The notes under the pieces: generated by a model | What the model was told of the DNA's origin: nothing | The model's input: only the letters and a program-made list of their open reading frames with translations | The model's database searches: none | Program-made: the position numbers and the translations under genes | Shown: positions 56,692 to 64,000 of the stretch, one piece after another | Position numbering within the stretch: the stretch's first letter is position 1 | How the letters are laid out: the number at the start of each line of letters is the position of its first letter | Source of the DNA: an uncultured Clostridia bacterium | GTDB lineage: Bacteria > Bacillota > Clostridia > Christensenellales > CAG-314 | Direction: 5' to 3' | Assembly (NCBI GenBank): GCA_947623225.1 | Contig: CANQGO010000006.1 | Location: 1,732 to 65,731 of the forward strand | DNA: 64,000 bases

Positions 56692-57042
56692 TCAATCGAG
56701 ATCGCTGCGCAGAGCCGCCGCCCTTCCGAGATAGCAATGTATGCACTCCGATTGAGTAAGTCCCTCCGCCAGTACGCATACGCGAATGCAATGGTCGAGA
56801 CTGCCCGACACATTCATCTCCTGCAAGCACATCAGTGCCGCCTTGTCCAGAGCGAGGGTCTCACGCACCGCAGCCGCCGGATAGCAAGCGTCCAGATCCG
56901 CCGTGGCGGAGAAGATGACGGCGTTCACCTGCTCGGTCGTGAGCATGTTGCGCCGCATGATCTGCGTGACCAACTCCACCGCGCGCGCGGATATGTCCTC
57001 TGCCGTATTGTCCGCGCATATAGCACCTCGTATCGCTCTCAT
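56692..57042 (-). CDS. aroH: chorismate mutase, AroH class
   Basis: MRAIRGAI... start at 57042 overlapping the upstream stop. At about 116 aa it is typical of AroH. The ORF-track extension to 57165 is in the upstream gene. Confidence 0.8.
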   Translation of the reverse strand: MRAIRGAICADNTAEDISARAVELVTQIMRRNMLTTEQVNAVIFSATADLDACYPAAAVRETLALDKAALMCLQEMNVSGSLDHCIRVCVLAEGLTQSECIHCYLGRAAALRSDLD

Positions 57043-58259
57043 TTCACTCCTTTTGCCGCAGACGAACCTGCGACATACCCCGTGGACAGGGCTATCTGTA
57101 TATTGTATCCGCCCGTGTAGGCGTCCACGTCCAGCAACTCCCCCGCAAAGTACAGACCTTTGCACAGTTTGCTCTCCATCGTGGATGGATCGACGCCGCT
57201 CACCTCTACGCCTCCGCAGGTCACTATGCCATGCTCGACGTCGTCCAGCCCCTTGCAGTCGAAACTCAAGCCCTTGAGCGTATGCACCAATCTCGCGCGC
57301 TCGGCGACGGTGACGGAATGAACCTTTTTGTCAAAGGGTATCCCGCTCTGCAACACCACCGTCTCCACCAGCCGCTCAGGCAGCAACCCGTCCAATGCGT
57401 GAATGATATCCCGATTTTGCCGGGTGGAAAAATCTCGCACGATCCGCGCGTCCAACTTGTCCGCGTCCAGCGCGGGCTTTAGGTCTATATATACCTTCGC
57501 GCCGTGTATATCGTGCTTGTTGATCCTCGACGACAGCGTGAGCACTACAGGACCGTCTATCCCGTCGCGGTCAAATGTCATCTCACCGAATTCGCTGTCC
57601 GAGAAGTCGCCTGCACGTACATGCACGCACACATTTTTTAGCGACAGCCCGTCCAGATGCGCCGTGCCCTTGCACAAAATACGGCAGAGCGCGGGTCTTG
57701 CCGGGACTACGCCATGCCCCATAGAACGGGCAAATACATACCCGTCGCCCGTGCTGCCAGTGGCACTATAGCTTACGCCGCCGGTAGCCAGAATAACTCG
57801 GTCAAACGATAGTATGTCTGAAATAGTATGCAATAAAAAGCCATTTTCCTGATATTCTAATGCGGAAATCGGGGTATTAAGGCGTACTTTTACGCCCAAA
57901 CCGTCCAATTCGCGGGCGAAGAGTCTAATAACGTCGGAGGACTTGTCCGAGACGGGAAACACCCTTCTGCCCCGTTCCGTCTTGAGCGCGAGACCGCGCT
58001 GTCTGCAAAAGTCCACGGTATCCTCGGGCGAGAACTTATTGATCGCGCCGTACAGAAACTTGGGATTGGTTACTACATTGGCGATGAATTCGCGGGGCGT
58101 ACAGTCATTGGTCAGATTGCACCGTCCTTTGCCGCTTATGTAAAGTTTCTTGCCCAATTTCTCGTTTTTCTCAAAGAGCGTGACCCCTGCTCCCGCCTGC
58201 GCTGCCGCGATCGCCGCCATCATGCCGGCAGGTCCGCCGCCCACTACCGCTACAGTCAT
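57039..58259 (-). CDS. NAD(P)/FAD-dependent oxidoreductase, HI0933/YhiN (BaiN-like) family
   Basis: MTVAVVGGGPAGMMAA dinucleotide-binding start overlapping the surE stop (ATGA), with a C-terminal GLYFAGELLDVDAYTGGYN motif. Confidence 0.8.
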   Translation of the reverse strand: MTVAVVGGGPAGMMAAIAAAQAGAGVTLFEKNEKLGKKLYISGKGRCNLTNDCTPREFIANVVTNPKFLYGAINKFSPEDTVDFCRQRGLALKTERGRRVFPVSDKSSDVIRLFARELDGLGVKVRLNTPISALEYQENGFLLHTISDILSFDRVILATGGVSYSATGSTGDGYVFARSMGHGVVPARPALCRILCKGTAHLDGLSLKNVCVHVRAGDFSDSEFGEMTFDRDGIDGPVVLTLSSRINKHDIHGAKVYIDLKPALDADKLDARIVRDFSTRQNRDIIHALDGLLPERLVETVVLQSGIPFDKKVHSVTVAERARLVHTLKGLSFDCKGLDDVEHGIVTCGGVEVSGVDPSTMESKLCKGLYFAGELLDVDAYTGGYNIQIALSTGYVAGSSAAKGVK

Positions 58260-58999
58260 CTCTCCACCGCCTTGAGCGCGTCGATAGCGGAATAGTCCGT
58301 CCTGTCTATGGACAGGGGAGTGACGGTGATATAGCCCGACTCCGCGAGATACACGTCCGCCGCCTCTTCGACGACGGGCTTGCGCTTGCCTACGATCTTC
58401 AATGTGTTCACGTTCATCGGTTCGCAACCGTCCTCAAACAGGGGCTGAGCCGTGCTCTGCGGACAGACGCGCACGCCGAGTATCTGCTCTGGAGGCAGAT
58501 TGGGCACGTTGATATTCAAAAACATATTCGGTCGGATGCTGTCCGCCAACTGTTGCAGGTTCTTGGTCACGTAGTCCACCGCACCCCGGTAGTAGTCGCA
58601 ATGCTCCAATCGGGACAGCGCGATACTGCGCACACCGCACAAGGTGCCTTCCTCCGCCGCGCCGACGGTGCCCGAGCACATAAGTGCCCTGCCGAAATTA
58701 GCGGCGTTGTTGGGACCGGATATGAGCAAGTCAAAGTGCACGCCGAAGCGCAATATGGCTATACGCACGCAGTCGGCAGGCGTTCCGGAACAGCCGAAAG
58801 CCTCCTTTGCGCCGAAGTAGTCCCCGAGCGGCGTCAGACTGATCTCCTTGTTGTAGTTCATCGAGTGCGAGGAACCGGAGCGTTGCCCGTCGGGAGCGAT
58901 CAGGTACACGTTGTGTCCCAACTTTGCCAATTCGCCGCACAGCAACTGCAATCCCGCGCTGCGATGGCTGTCATCGTTCGTCAAAAGTATATTCATCAC
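58256..58999 (-). CDS. surE: 5'/3'-nucleotidase SurE
   Basis: 247 aa with the N-terminal ILLTNDDS motif. Confidence 0.9.
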   Translation of the reverse strand: MMNILLTNDDSHRSAGLQLLCGELAKLGHNVYLIAPDGQRSGSSHSMNYNKEISLTPLGDYFGAKEAFGCSGTPADCVRIAILRFGVHFDLLISGPNNAANFGRALMCSGTVGAAEEGTLCGVRSIALSRLEHCDYYRGAVDYVTKNLQQLADSIRPNMFLNINVPNLPPEQILGVRVCPQSTAQPLFEDGCEPMNVNTLKIVGKRKPVVEEAADVYLAESGYITVTPLSIDRTDYSAIDALKAVER

Positions 59000-59694
59000 A
59001 GATTTTTCAAATACTCCACTTCGTCATCCGACAGATATCTGTATCCGCCGCGCGCCAGTCCGCCCAGCCGCAGATCGCCCACAGCCACGCGCTTCAGAAA
59101 CTCCACTTCCTTGCCTACCGCTTCGAACATTTTCTTCACTTGATGATTTCTGCCTTCGTGTATGGTCACTTCGCAACGGGTATGGTGCTTGTCCTGCTGC
59201 AGGATCCTCACACGTGCGGGAGCGGTCTTGACGCCGTCTATCGTCACGCCCTTTTCCATCGTGATACGCTCCGCCTCCGTCAGCATGCCGCTGATACGCG
59301 CGACGTAGGTTTTGTTGATCTCGTTGCGCGGATGAGTGAGCCTGTTGGCAAGATCGCCGTCGTTGGTGAGCAGGAGCAGGCCTTCCGTATCGTAGTCCAG
59401 ACGTCCCACGGGATATATCCGCGCGGGAATGTCTATAAGGTCCAGCACCGTCTTGCGCCCCAAGTCGTCCTTGACGGTGGTCACGTAGCCCTTCGGCTTG
59501 TGCAGCATGATATAGTACTTTCTCTGAAGGGCTATCCGCTTGCCGTTGACCGTCACCTTGTCGCTATCCTCTACAAGCGTGCCCGGCTGCACGCGCTTGC
59601 CGTTGACCTGTACGGCTCCGTCGGCTATCAGCCTGTCGCATTCGCGTCTGCTGCCCACGCCGCAATCCGCCAAAAACTTGTTCAATCTGACCAT
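58996..59694 (-). CDS. rluB: pseudouridine synthase (RsuA/RluB family)
   Basis: MVRLNKFLADCGVGSRRE S4 domain and catalytic PVGRLDYDTEGLLLLTNDG. The ORF track extends to 59745. Confidence 0.85.
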   Translation of the reverse strand: MVRLNKFLADCGVGSRRECDRLIADGAVQVNGKRVQPGTLVEDSDKVTVNGKRIALQRKYYIMLHKPKGYVTTVKDDLGRKTVLDLIDIPARIYPVGRLDYDTEGLLLLTNDGDLANRLTHPRNEINKTYVARISGMLTEAERITMEKGVTIDGVKTAPARVRILQQDKHHTRCEVTIHEGRNHQVKKMFEAVGKEVEFLKRVAVGDLRLGGLARGGYRYLSDDEVEYLKNL

Positions 59695-59936
59695 ATTTCC
59701 ATCCCGAACGAGCAGGTGCTCCGCCCCGTCCGGGCGCAAATGCACATACTCCCAATTATAGTTAAATATATATTACATTCTTTTTCGGAAAAAATCAAGC
59801 CTTTGAGCAAAACAGCCCGCCGCAGCAAGCACTCGGGCTTAAAATATCCGCACGCAACGAGACGATCGCAGACCAAAAGAGCACGTCTCGGATGGGTACA
59901 TACGAAAAAAAAATAATAAAAACTAAAAAGGATGGG

Positions 59937-60004
59937 TTTTGCAAAATTCACAGAGGATGGCAGCCGACCAAGAGATCTATCTGCCGACAGAACTCGAGGG
60001 GAAT
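59937..60004. repeat. copy 1 of a ~70-nt tandemly duplicated intergenic element
   Basis: It starts TTTTGCAAAATTC and ends CTGCCGACAGAACTCGAGGGGAAT, with an internal hairpin GGCAG..CTGCC. Confidence 0.7.
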
Positions 60005-60060
60005 CAAAGTGACAGTGAAGTCATTGCCGGAAGTGGCAGTCTGATAAAACCAAAAAGAGT

Positions 60061-60131
60061 TTTTGCAAATATTCCCGCATGCCGGTAGCCGAGCCGGAAA
60101 TTGCGTTCTGCCGGCAAAACTCGAGGGAAAT
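60061..60131. repeat. copy 2 of the ~70-nt intergenic element
   Basis: It starts TTTTGCAAATATTC and ends CTGCCGGCAAAACTCGAGGGAAAT. The equivalent hairpin is CGGTAG..CTGCCG, keeping the pairing through a G-U wobble. Confidence 0.7.
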
Positions 60132-60136
60132 ATCAT

Positions 60137-60167
60137 AAAAAAAAGCAAGAAGAGTTCTTGCCTTTTT
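60137..60167. terminator. bidirectional rho-independent terminator after dacB-like gene
   Basis: GCAAGAA-gag-TTCTTGC, flanked by an A8 run upstream and a T5 run downstream on the plus strand. Confidence 0.75.
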
Positions 60168-60194
60168 CGTATTACAGAATATCGGAGATATCTC

Positions 60195-61223
60195 TCAGAA
60201 AGCACGCTCGAGCAGGGCGCACTCCCATATACGCACGCCGTCCAGCGTGACATACAGTTGCCTGTGCTCCACGTCCGTTTCGTAGTCCAACCGCTCGCCC
60301 GCCTTGACGGGATAGGAGAAGCGTTCGGGACAGTAGAGATACGTTTTTTCGCCTTTTTCCTGCGACGATAGGCAGATCTTGTTCTCCGGAATGACGGTCT
60401 GCAACGTGTACAGGTCAAAAGCCCTGCTCAGCATGTCCGCCGTCTCCTCGAACATAGGTCCGCAATTCAGCACTACCGCGACCACCTGCATGCCGTCGCG
60501 CGTGGCACTTCCCACAAAGCAGCGACCCGCCTTCTTGGTATAGCCCGTCTTGACTCCGTCGGCCCCGTCGAGAGAAGAAAGCATTTTGTTTTTGTTGAGC
60601 AATACCCGATCGTATTCCATACCGTCGTTGGAGATACGCGCCGACTTGGCGGAGACTATCTCGCGGAATTGCTCGTTTTCCAAGGCTGCGCAGGTCAATA
60701 CCGCCAGGTCGCGCGCCGTTGTATAATGCTCGTCGTCGTGCAAGCCGTGCGGATTGACGAAATGACTGTCCGTACAGCCGTACTTACGCGCCGCCTCATT
60801 CATAAGTTCCGCGAAGCCCTCCACGCTTCCGCTCACGTGCAGGGCAAGGGCTACGGCGCAGTCGTTGCCGCTGCGCAGCATGAGTCCCAGCAGCAGTTCG
60901 CCAACGGTCAGCCTCTCTCCTTCGCGCAGGTACACGGAGGAACCTTCTATACCCACCGCGCGGGAGTCCACCTGCACGATCTCGTCCGTATCGGCATGCT
61001 CCAGCACCGTCAGCGCGGTAACTATCTTGGTCGTGCTCGCCATGGGCAGACGCTCGTCGGCGTTCTTGGCATACAGCACCCGCCGCGAAGAGCGTTCCAT
61101 CACCACCGCCGCACGCGCGCTTGTTTCGAAAGCGTCGGCGTGGGCAAACGCGCCCACCGTTGCCAGTCCGAGACATATACAAAAGGCGGCGACCAGCATG
61201 ACATACAGCAAAGAACGTCTCAT
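60195..61223 (-). CDS. D-alanyl-D-alanine carboxypeptidase (S11, DacB/DacF-like)
   Basis: 342 aa with a signal/TM N-terminus and the motifs STTK (SxxK), SGN and KTG. Confidence 0.85.
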   Translation of the reverse strand: MRRSLLYVMLVAAFCICLGLATVGAFAHADAFETSARAAVVMERSSRRVLYAKNADERLPMASTTKIVTALTVLEHADTDEIVQVDSRAVGIEGSSVYLREGERLTVGELLLGLMLRSGNDCAVALALHVSGSVEGFAELMNEAARKYGCTDSHFVNPHGLHDDEHYTTARDLAVLTCAALENEQFREIVSAKSARISNDGMEYDRVLLNKNKMLSSLDGADGVKTGYTKKAGRCFVGSATRDGMQVVAVVLNCGPMFEETADMLSRAFDLYTLQTVIPENKICLSSQEKGEKTYLYCPERFSYPVKAGERLDYETDVEHRQLYVTLDGVRIWECALLERAF

Positions 61224-61226
61224 ACG

Positions 61227-61598
61227 CTATGCCTTGAACGCTCCCACCAGGTCCTTAGCCACGTCGAAGATCTTCTCGACGGTATTTGCCTTGTCCGCGT
61301 CGATGACCTGTACGCCCTTGTCGTCCACCACCAAAAAGCACACCGGCGTCAATGTGGCTCCTCCGCCCGAGCCGCCGGCAAAGTTGGCGTCGGTGCCGCT
61401 GCCGAAGCCGCGCTTGGCTGCCTTGTTACCATACTCGCCGCCGCCCGCCATGAATGCAAACGTCACCTGCGACACAGGCAATATGGTCGTACCGTCCATG
61501 GTGACGAGGGGCTGACCTATGATGGTATTCACTTCCGCGATCTTGCTCAGGTTGGTCACGGCTGTCTCCACTATCTCTCTGATCTGCGTGTTTTCCAT
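61227..61598 (-). CDS. ytfJ: sporulation protein YtfJ (GerW family)
   Basis: 123 aa (IIGQPLVTMDGTTILPVSQVTFAFMAGGGEYG), typical of YtfJ. Confidence 0.8.
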   Translation of the reverse strand: MENTQIREIVETAVTNLSKIAEVNTIIGQPLVTMDGTTILPVSQVTFAFMAGGGEYGNKAAKRGFGSGTDANFAGGSGGGATLTPVCFLVVDDKGVQVIDADKANTVEKIFDVAKDLVGAFKA

Positions 61599-62149
61599 TT
61601 TCTCACTCCTTGTCTAAGCAAACAAAATGACAGTTCCGCAACGCTCAGGCTGATAAGAGCGCGTATCTCCAGACGGCTCTTGCCCGTCGTCCCGTTGCAA
61701 TCGGTACACACCTGACAACGGCACAGACTGCACGCCACCGCCGTCGCCGCAGCGAATATGACATTGACTGCGAGCGGTCCGTAAACGGAGCGGGCCATAT
61801 CGCTGTATGCGCTCACATACACCTTCTCGAATGTAACGCATCTCAGCAGTTCCACGCCGCCCTGTCTGTCGATGGACTGCAAGCGTACCTGCGCATCTAT
61901 CGTGCCGTCACAGCACAGCGAGCCGCCCTCGAGCCTGACGCTCTCGTCGAATACCCGCAGTACTCCCAGGCGCACCAGAATGTGCGCGCTCAACTGTTCA
62001 TAGACGAGCGAAACGCTCATTTTCAGCCGTATCGGCGCAAATACCAGCAATAGGAACACCAGCGTTGCGGTTACAACTATCATCGGAGTTAGTTTGGTTA
62101 TATCTTCCTCTTTTATGCAAGACAAGGCGATTTTGCCCATAAAAAACAT
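61571..62149 (-). CDS. YtfI-like (DUF2953) membrane protein
   Basis: 192 aa with one N-terminal TM, sitting upstream of and overlapping ytfJ as ytfI does in Bacillus. The family call is tentative. Confidence 0.45.
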   Translation of the reverse strand: MFFMGKIALSCIKEEDITKLTPMIVVTATLVFLLLVFAPIRLKMSVSLVYEQLSAHILVRLGVLRVFDESVRLEGGSLCCDGTIDAQVRLQSIDRQGGVELLRCVTFEKVYVSAYSDMARSVYGPLAVNVIFAAATAVACSLCRCQVCTDCNGTTGKSRLEIRALISLSVAELSFCLLRQGVRKWKTRRSER

Positions 62150-62225
62150 ATTATGTTTGAAATAGTATCCTCTGTTTTCTCGAGAATGAGAGAACAGACA
62201 AATAAAAAAGGCGGGAAATGCGTAT

Positions 62226-62263
62226 AAAAAAGTGTCGGGTTGAAACCTTATACTTCACCCGAC
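62226..62263 (-). terminator. rho-independent terminator
   Basis: On the minus strand, GTCGGGT..ACCCGAC followed by ACTTTTTT, about 180 nt downstream of the 62446 stop. Confidence 0.55.
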
Positions 62264-62445
62264 GGAAAGTTTTCTACACGAGCGTAAAAAATTGAGTTCT
62301 TACTCGAATATAACAGTAAACAATTAACACACTACCGACTATACTTATGAGCAATAACGTCAACTATGAACCGTAACGTTTTTAACCACGGTGATCCGAA
62401 AGATCAGTTGCCTTAACAGGGCAGTGCTCGTGTAAAGGAAGAACC

Positions 62446-62937
62446 TTACAGGTCCACTTCTACCGTATTCAGCAGATTGGCTCTGTCTATAGCCACTTGC
62501 AGGCTGTTGATGGTCAGGCGCAGTTGCTCGTAGTCTCTTGCCGCCTGCTTGACGTCGTAGTTGCACTCGGTGATCTCCATCTTGCCGGCGAAACTGCTCT
62601 GCTGCACCTTTTGCTGACGGGCAGCCATCTCGGAGAGTATCTCCGCCTTGTTCTGCAACTGAGCCAGCATGACCAACGCCTCGCCTATGGTCACGCCGAA
62701 GCCTTCCACCTTCACCGTGCAGTTTGCCACTGCCAGCGCGTGACGGAGACGGCGGATCTTCTCGTCCAGCGCATCCACCTCTCTACGCGTCTCTTCGTAA
62801 CTGTACGTCGGGACTATCTTGCTCTCCTCCGTCTGGTATATGAAAGTGCTGTTGCTACGCTCTTGGCGCAGCAGGATACCTTTTCTGTTTTCCAGTTCCT
62901 TGATGAACTTGATAACTTCGCTATGGCTTATTTTCAT
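62446..62937 (-). CDS. hypothetical coiled-coil protein
   Basis: 163 aa with a good GGAGG SD and a predicted helical fold. The C-terminal IDRANLLNTVEVDL faintly recalls DIP1984-family proteins, but this is unconfirmed. Confidence 0.45.
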   Translation of the reverse strand: MKISHSEVIKFIKELENRKGILLRQERSNSTFIYQTEESKIVPTYSYEETRREVDALDEKIRRLRHALAVANCTVKVEGFGVTIGEALVMLAQLQNKAEILSEMAARQQKVQQSSFAGKMEITECNYDVKQAARDYEQLRLTINSLQVAIDRANLLNTVEVDL

Positions 62938-62953
62938 ATAAAAACCTCCGAAT

Positions 62954-64000
62954 TTATTTTATTTTTGCGTTGCGCTTGGGCTTATGCTCCCTGTCGCAGT
63001 CTATCAGAATGAGGGGGACGAGCATCTCCTTGGTAAGGGCTGTATGATGACCCTTGTGGTAATGCGGATCCTTCTTGGGCAGTATCATTATCTTGTTGGT
63101 ATAGGTGCCGGACGCCACGAAGTCGCCGAGCATATAGGCATAACCGCCTCTGTCGCCGAAGTAATTGCGAGCGATGAGGTCACGCGTGCGGAAAAGTACG
63201 AAGTCCTCGCCGTATTTCTCGCGGAAAAGCCGTGCAAAACGGGCTTTTTGTCCCTTTTTCACCTTGAAACAGGGGGAGCGGCTGTCCAGATAAGGCGGAC
63301 ACTCCAACAGCTCGTTCAACTCGTTGTCCTCGCCCCACTCCACATAGCCCGTCACGTCCACCTGACCGTGGTCGGCGGAGACGATGAGCAACGTATCCGT
63401 CATCTCCTGTGCCAGAGCGCGCAACTTCGCCGAGATATGCCTCAGCAGTTTGCTTGTGGCAGGACAGGTGACGCCGTATTCGTGCATGGTCCCGTCCGGC
63501 TCAGGGCAGTAGGCATATATAAAATGTTTGCCCTCGCTCCTGCACAGAGCGGTGACGGCGTCGAAAAACTCGTCCACACTGCCTATAACCGTATTGCGCG
63601 ACGGGTCGCAGGTCACGTACTTGGGGAATACCGTATGTACGGAATAGTCGGTGCGCGTCCCGTGATAGAAGTAGCAATCACCGTCGTCGTACAGTCCGCT
63701 GTCGAACTGCACCTCTTCGCCCGTCTGGGAGTCCCGTCCGGTGTATATGTCCACGTTGCGCCCTATTTGGTCGAAGTGCAGGCTCCAACCCAGCCAGCCG
63801 TGCTCCAGCGGAAGTTTGTTGGTGCACAGCGAGGTCGTGGCGTTGGTCGTGGTAGACGGAAATGTAGAGGTCAGCACCCGCGTCACGTGCGTGCGCAGAA
63901 AGTTGTCCGACGGCAGGTTGCACTCCAGCGGGTTCATCCCCATGCCGTCCATGCAGATATACACGACGTTGCGCGGATCGCGCTCGAGCATAGCCTGCAA
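62954..64000 (-). CDS. alkaline-phosphatase superfamily protein (nucleotide pyrophosphatase/phosphodiesterase-like), 5' end outside window
   Basis: At least 348 aa, with the reading frame open to the window edge. Metal-site-like motifs are present (YICMDGMG, STFPSTTTNATT, SADHGQ). Confidence 0.7.
   Translation of the reverse strand: MQAMLERDPRNVVYICMDGMGMNPLECNLPSDNFLRTHVTRVLTSTFPSTTTNATTSLCTNKLPLEHGWLGWSLHFDQIGRNVDIYTGRDSQTGEEVQFDSGLYDDGDCYFYHGTRTDYSVHTVFPKYVTCDPSRNTVIGSVDEFFDAVTALCRSEGKHFIYAYCPEPDGTMHEYGVTCPATSKLLRHISAKLRALAQEMTDTLLIVSADHGQVDVTGYVEWGEDNELNELLECPPYLDSRSPCFKVKKGQKARFARLFREKYGEDFVLFRTRDLIARNYFGDRGGYAYMLGDFVASGTYTNKIMILPKKDPHYHKGHHTALTKEMLVPLILIDCDREHKPKRNAKIK

Overview
This 64-kb window looks like chromosomal DNA from an endospore-forming Firmicute, probably class Clostridia. 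That call rests on spoVAC/AD/AEb, yunB-like, ytfJ/ytfI-like and dacB/F-like genes, an ispH-rpsA fusion and a T-box pheST leader. Most of it is conserved housekeeping sequence: glgC-glgD-glgA, pheS-pheT, a U32 peptidase, mutS2, a cysteine desulfurase with thiI, a class A PBP, miaB-mutS-mutL-miaA, hflX, lexA, rnhA, and the minus-strand blocks rny/recA/cinA/pgsA/rimO/ftsK, M16 peptidase/deacetylase/pnp/rpsO, and ispH-rpsA/plsC/aroH/flavoprotein/surE/rluB. One tRNA-Trp is present. I found no rRNA, CRISPR array or recognisable IS element. The clearest accessory region is an AT-richer islet at about 29.1-33.1 kb, wedged between a ynbB-like gene and a tyrosine-recombinase/hflX pair. It carries a small membrane protein, a membrane-anchored XRE regulator, about 700 bp of decayed non-coding DNA with a perfect 21-bp-arm palindrome, a TIR-domain protein with an unrecognised C-terminal domain, a twice-frameshifted DinB-like gene and an unknown 183-aa protein. 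The TIR cassette is my best candidate for an undescribed defence-type system. Other points worth a second look are a duplicated tRNA-Trp 3' end with terminator and an inverted tRNA-like fragment, a candidate ~80-nt structured RNA with its own promoter in the long recA-rny spacer, a tandem ~70-nt structured repeat between dacB and rluB, an apparently leaderless lexA, and two membrane-tethered transcription factors. All calls come from reading the sequence and ORF translations; no database searches were run.
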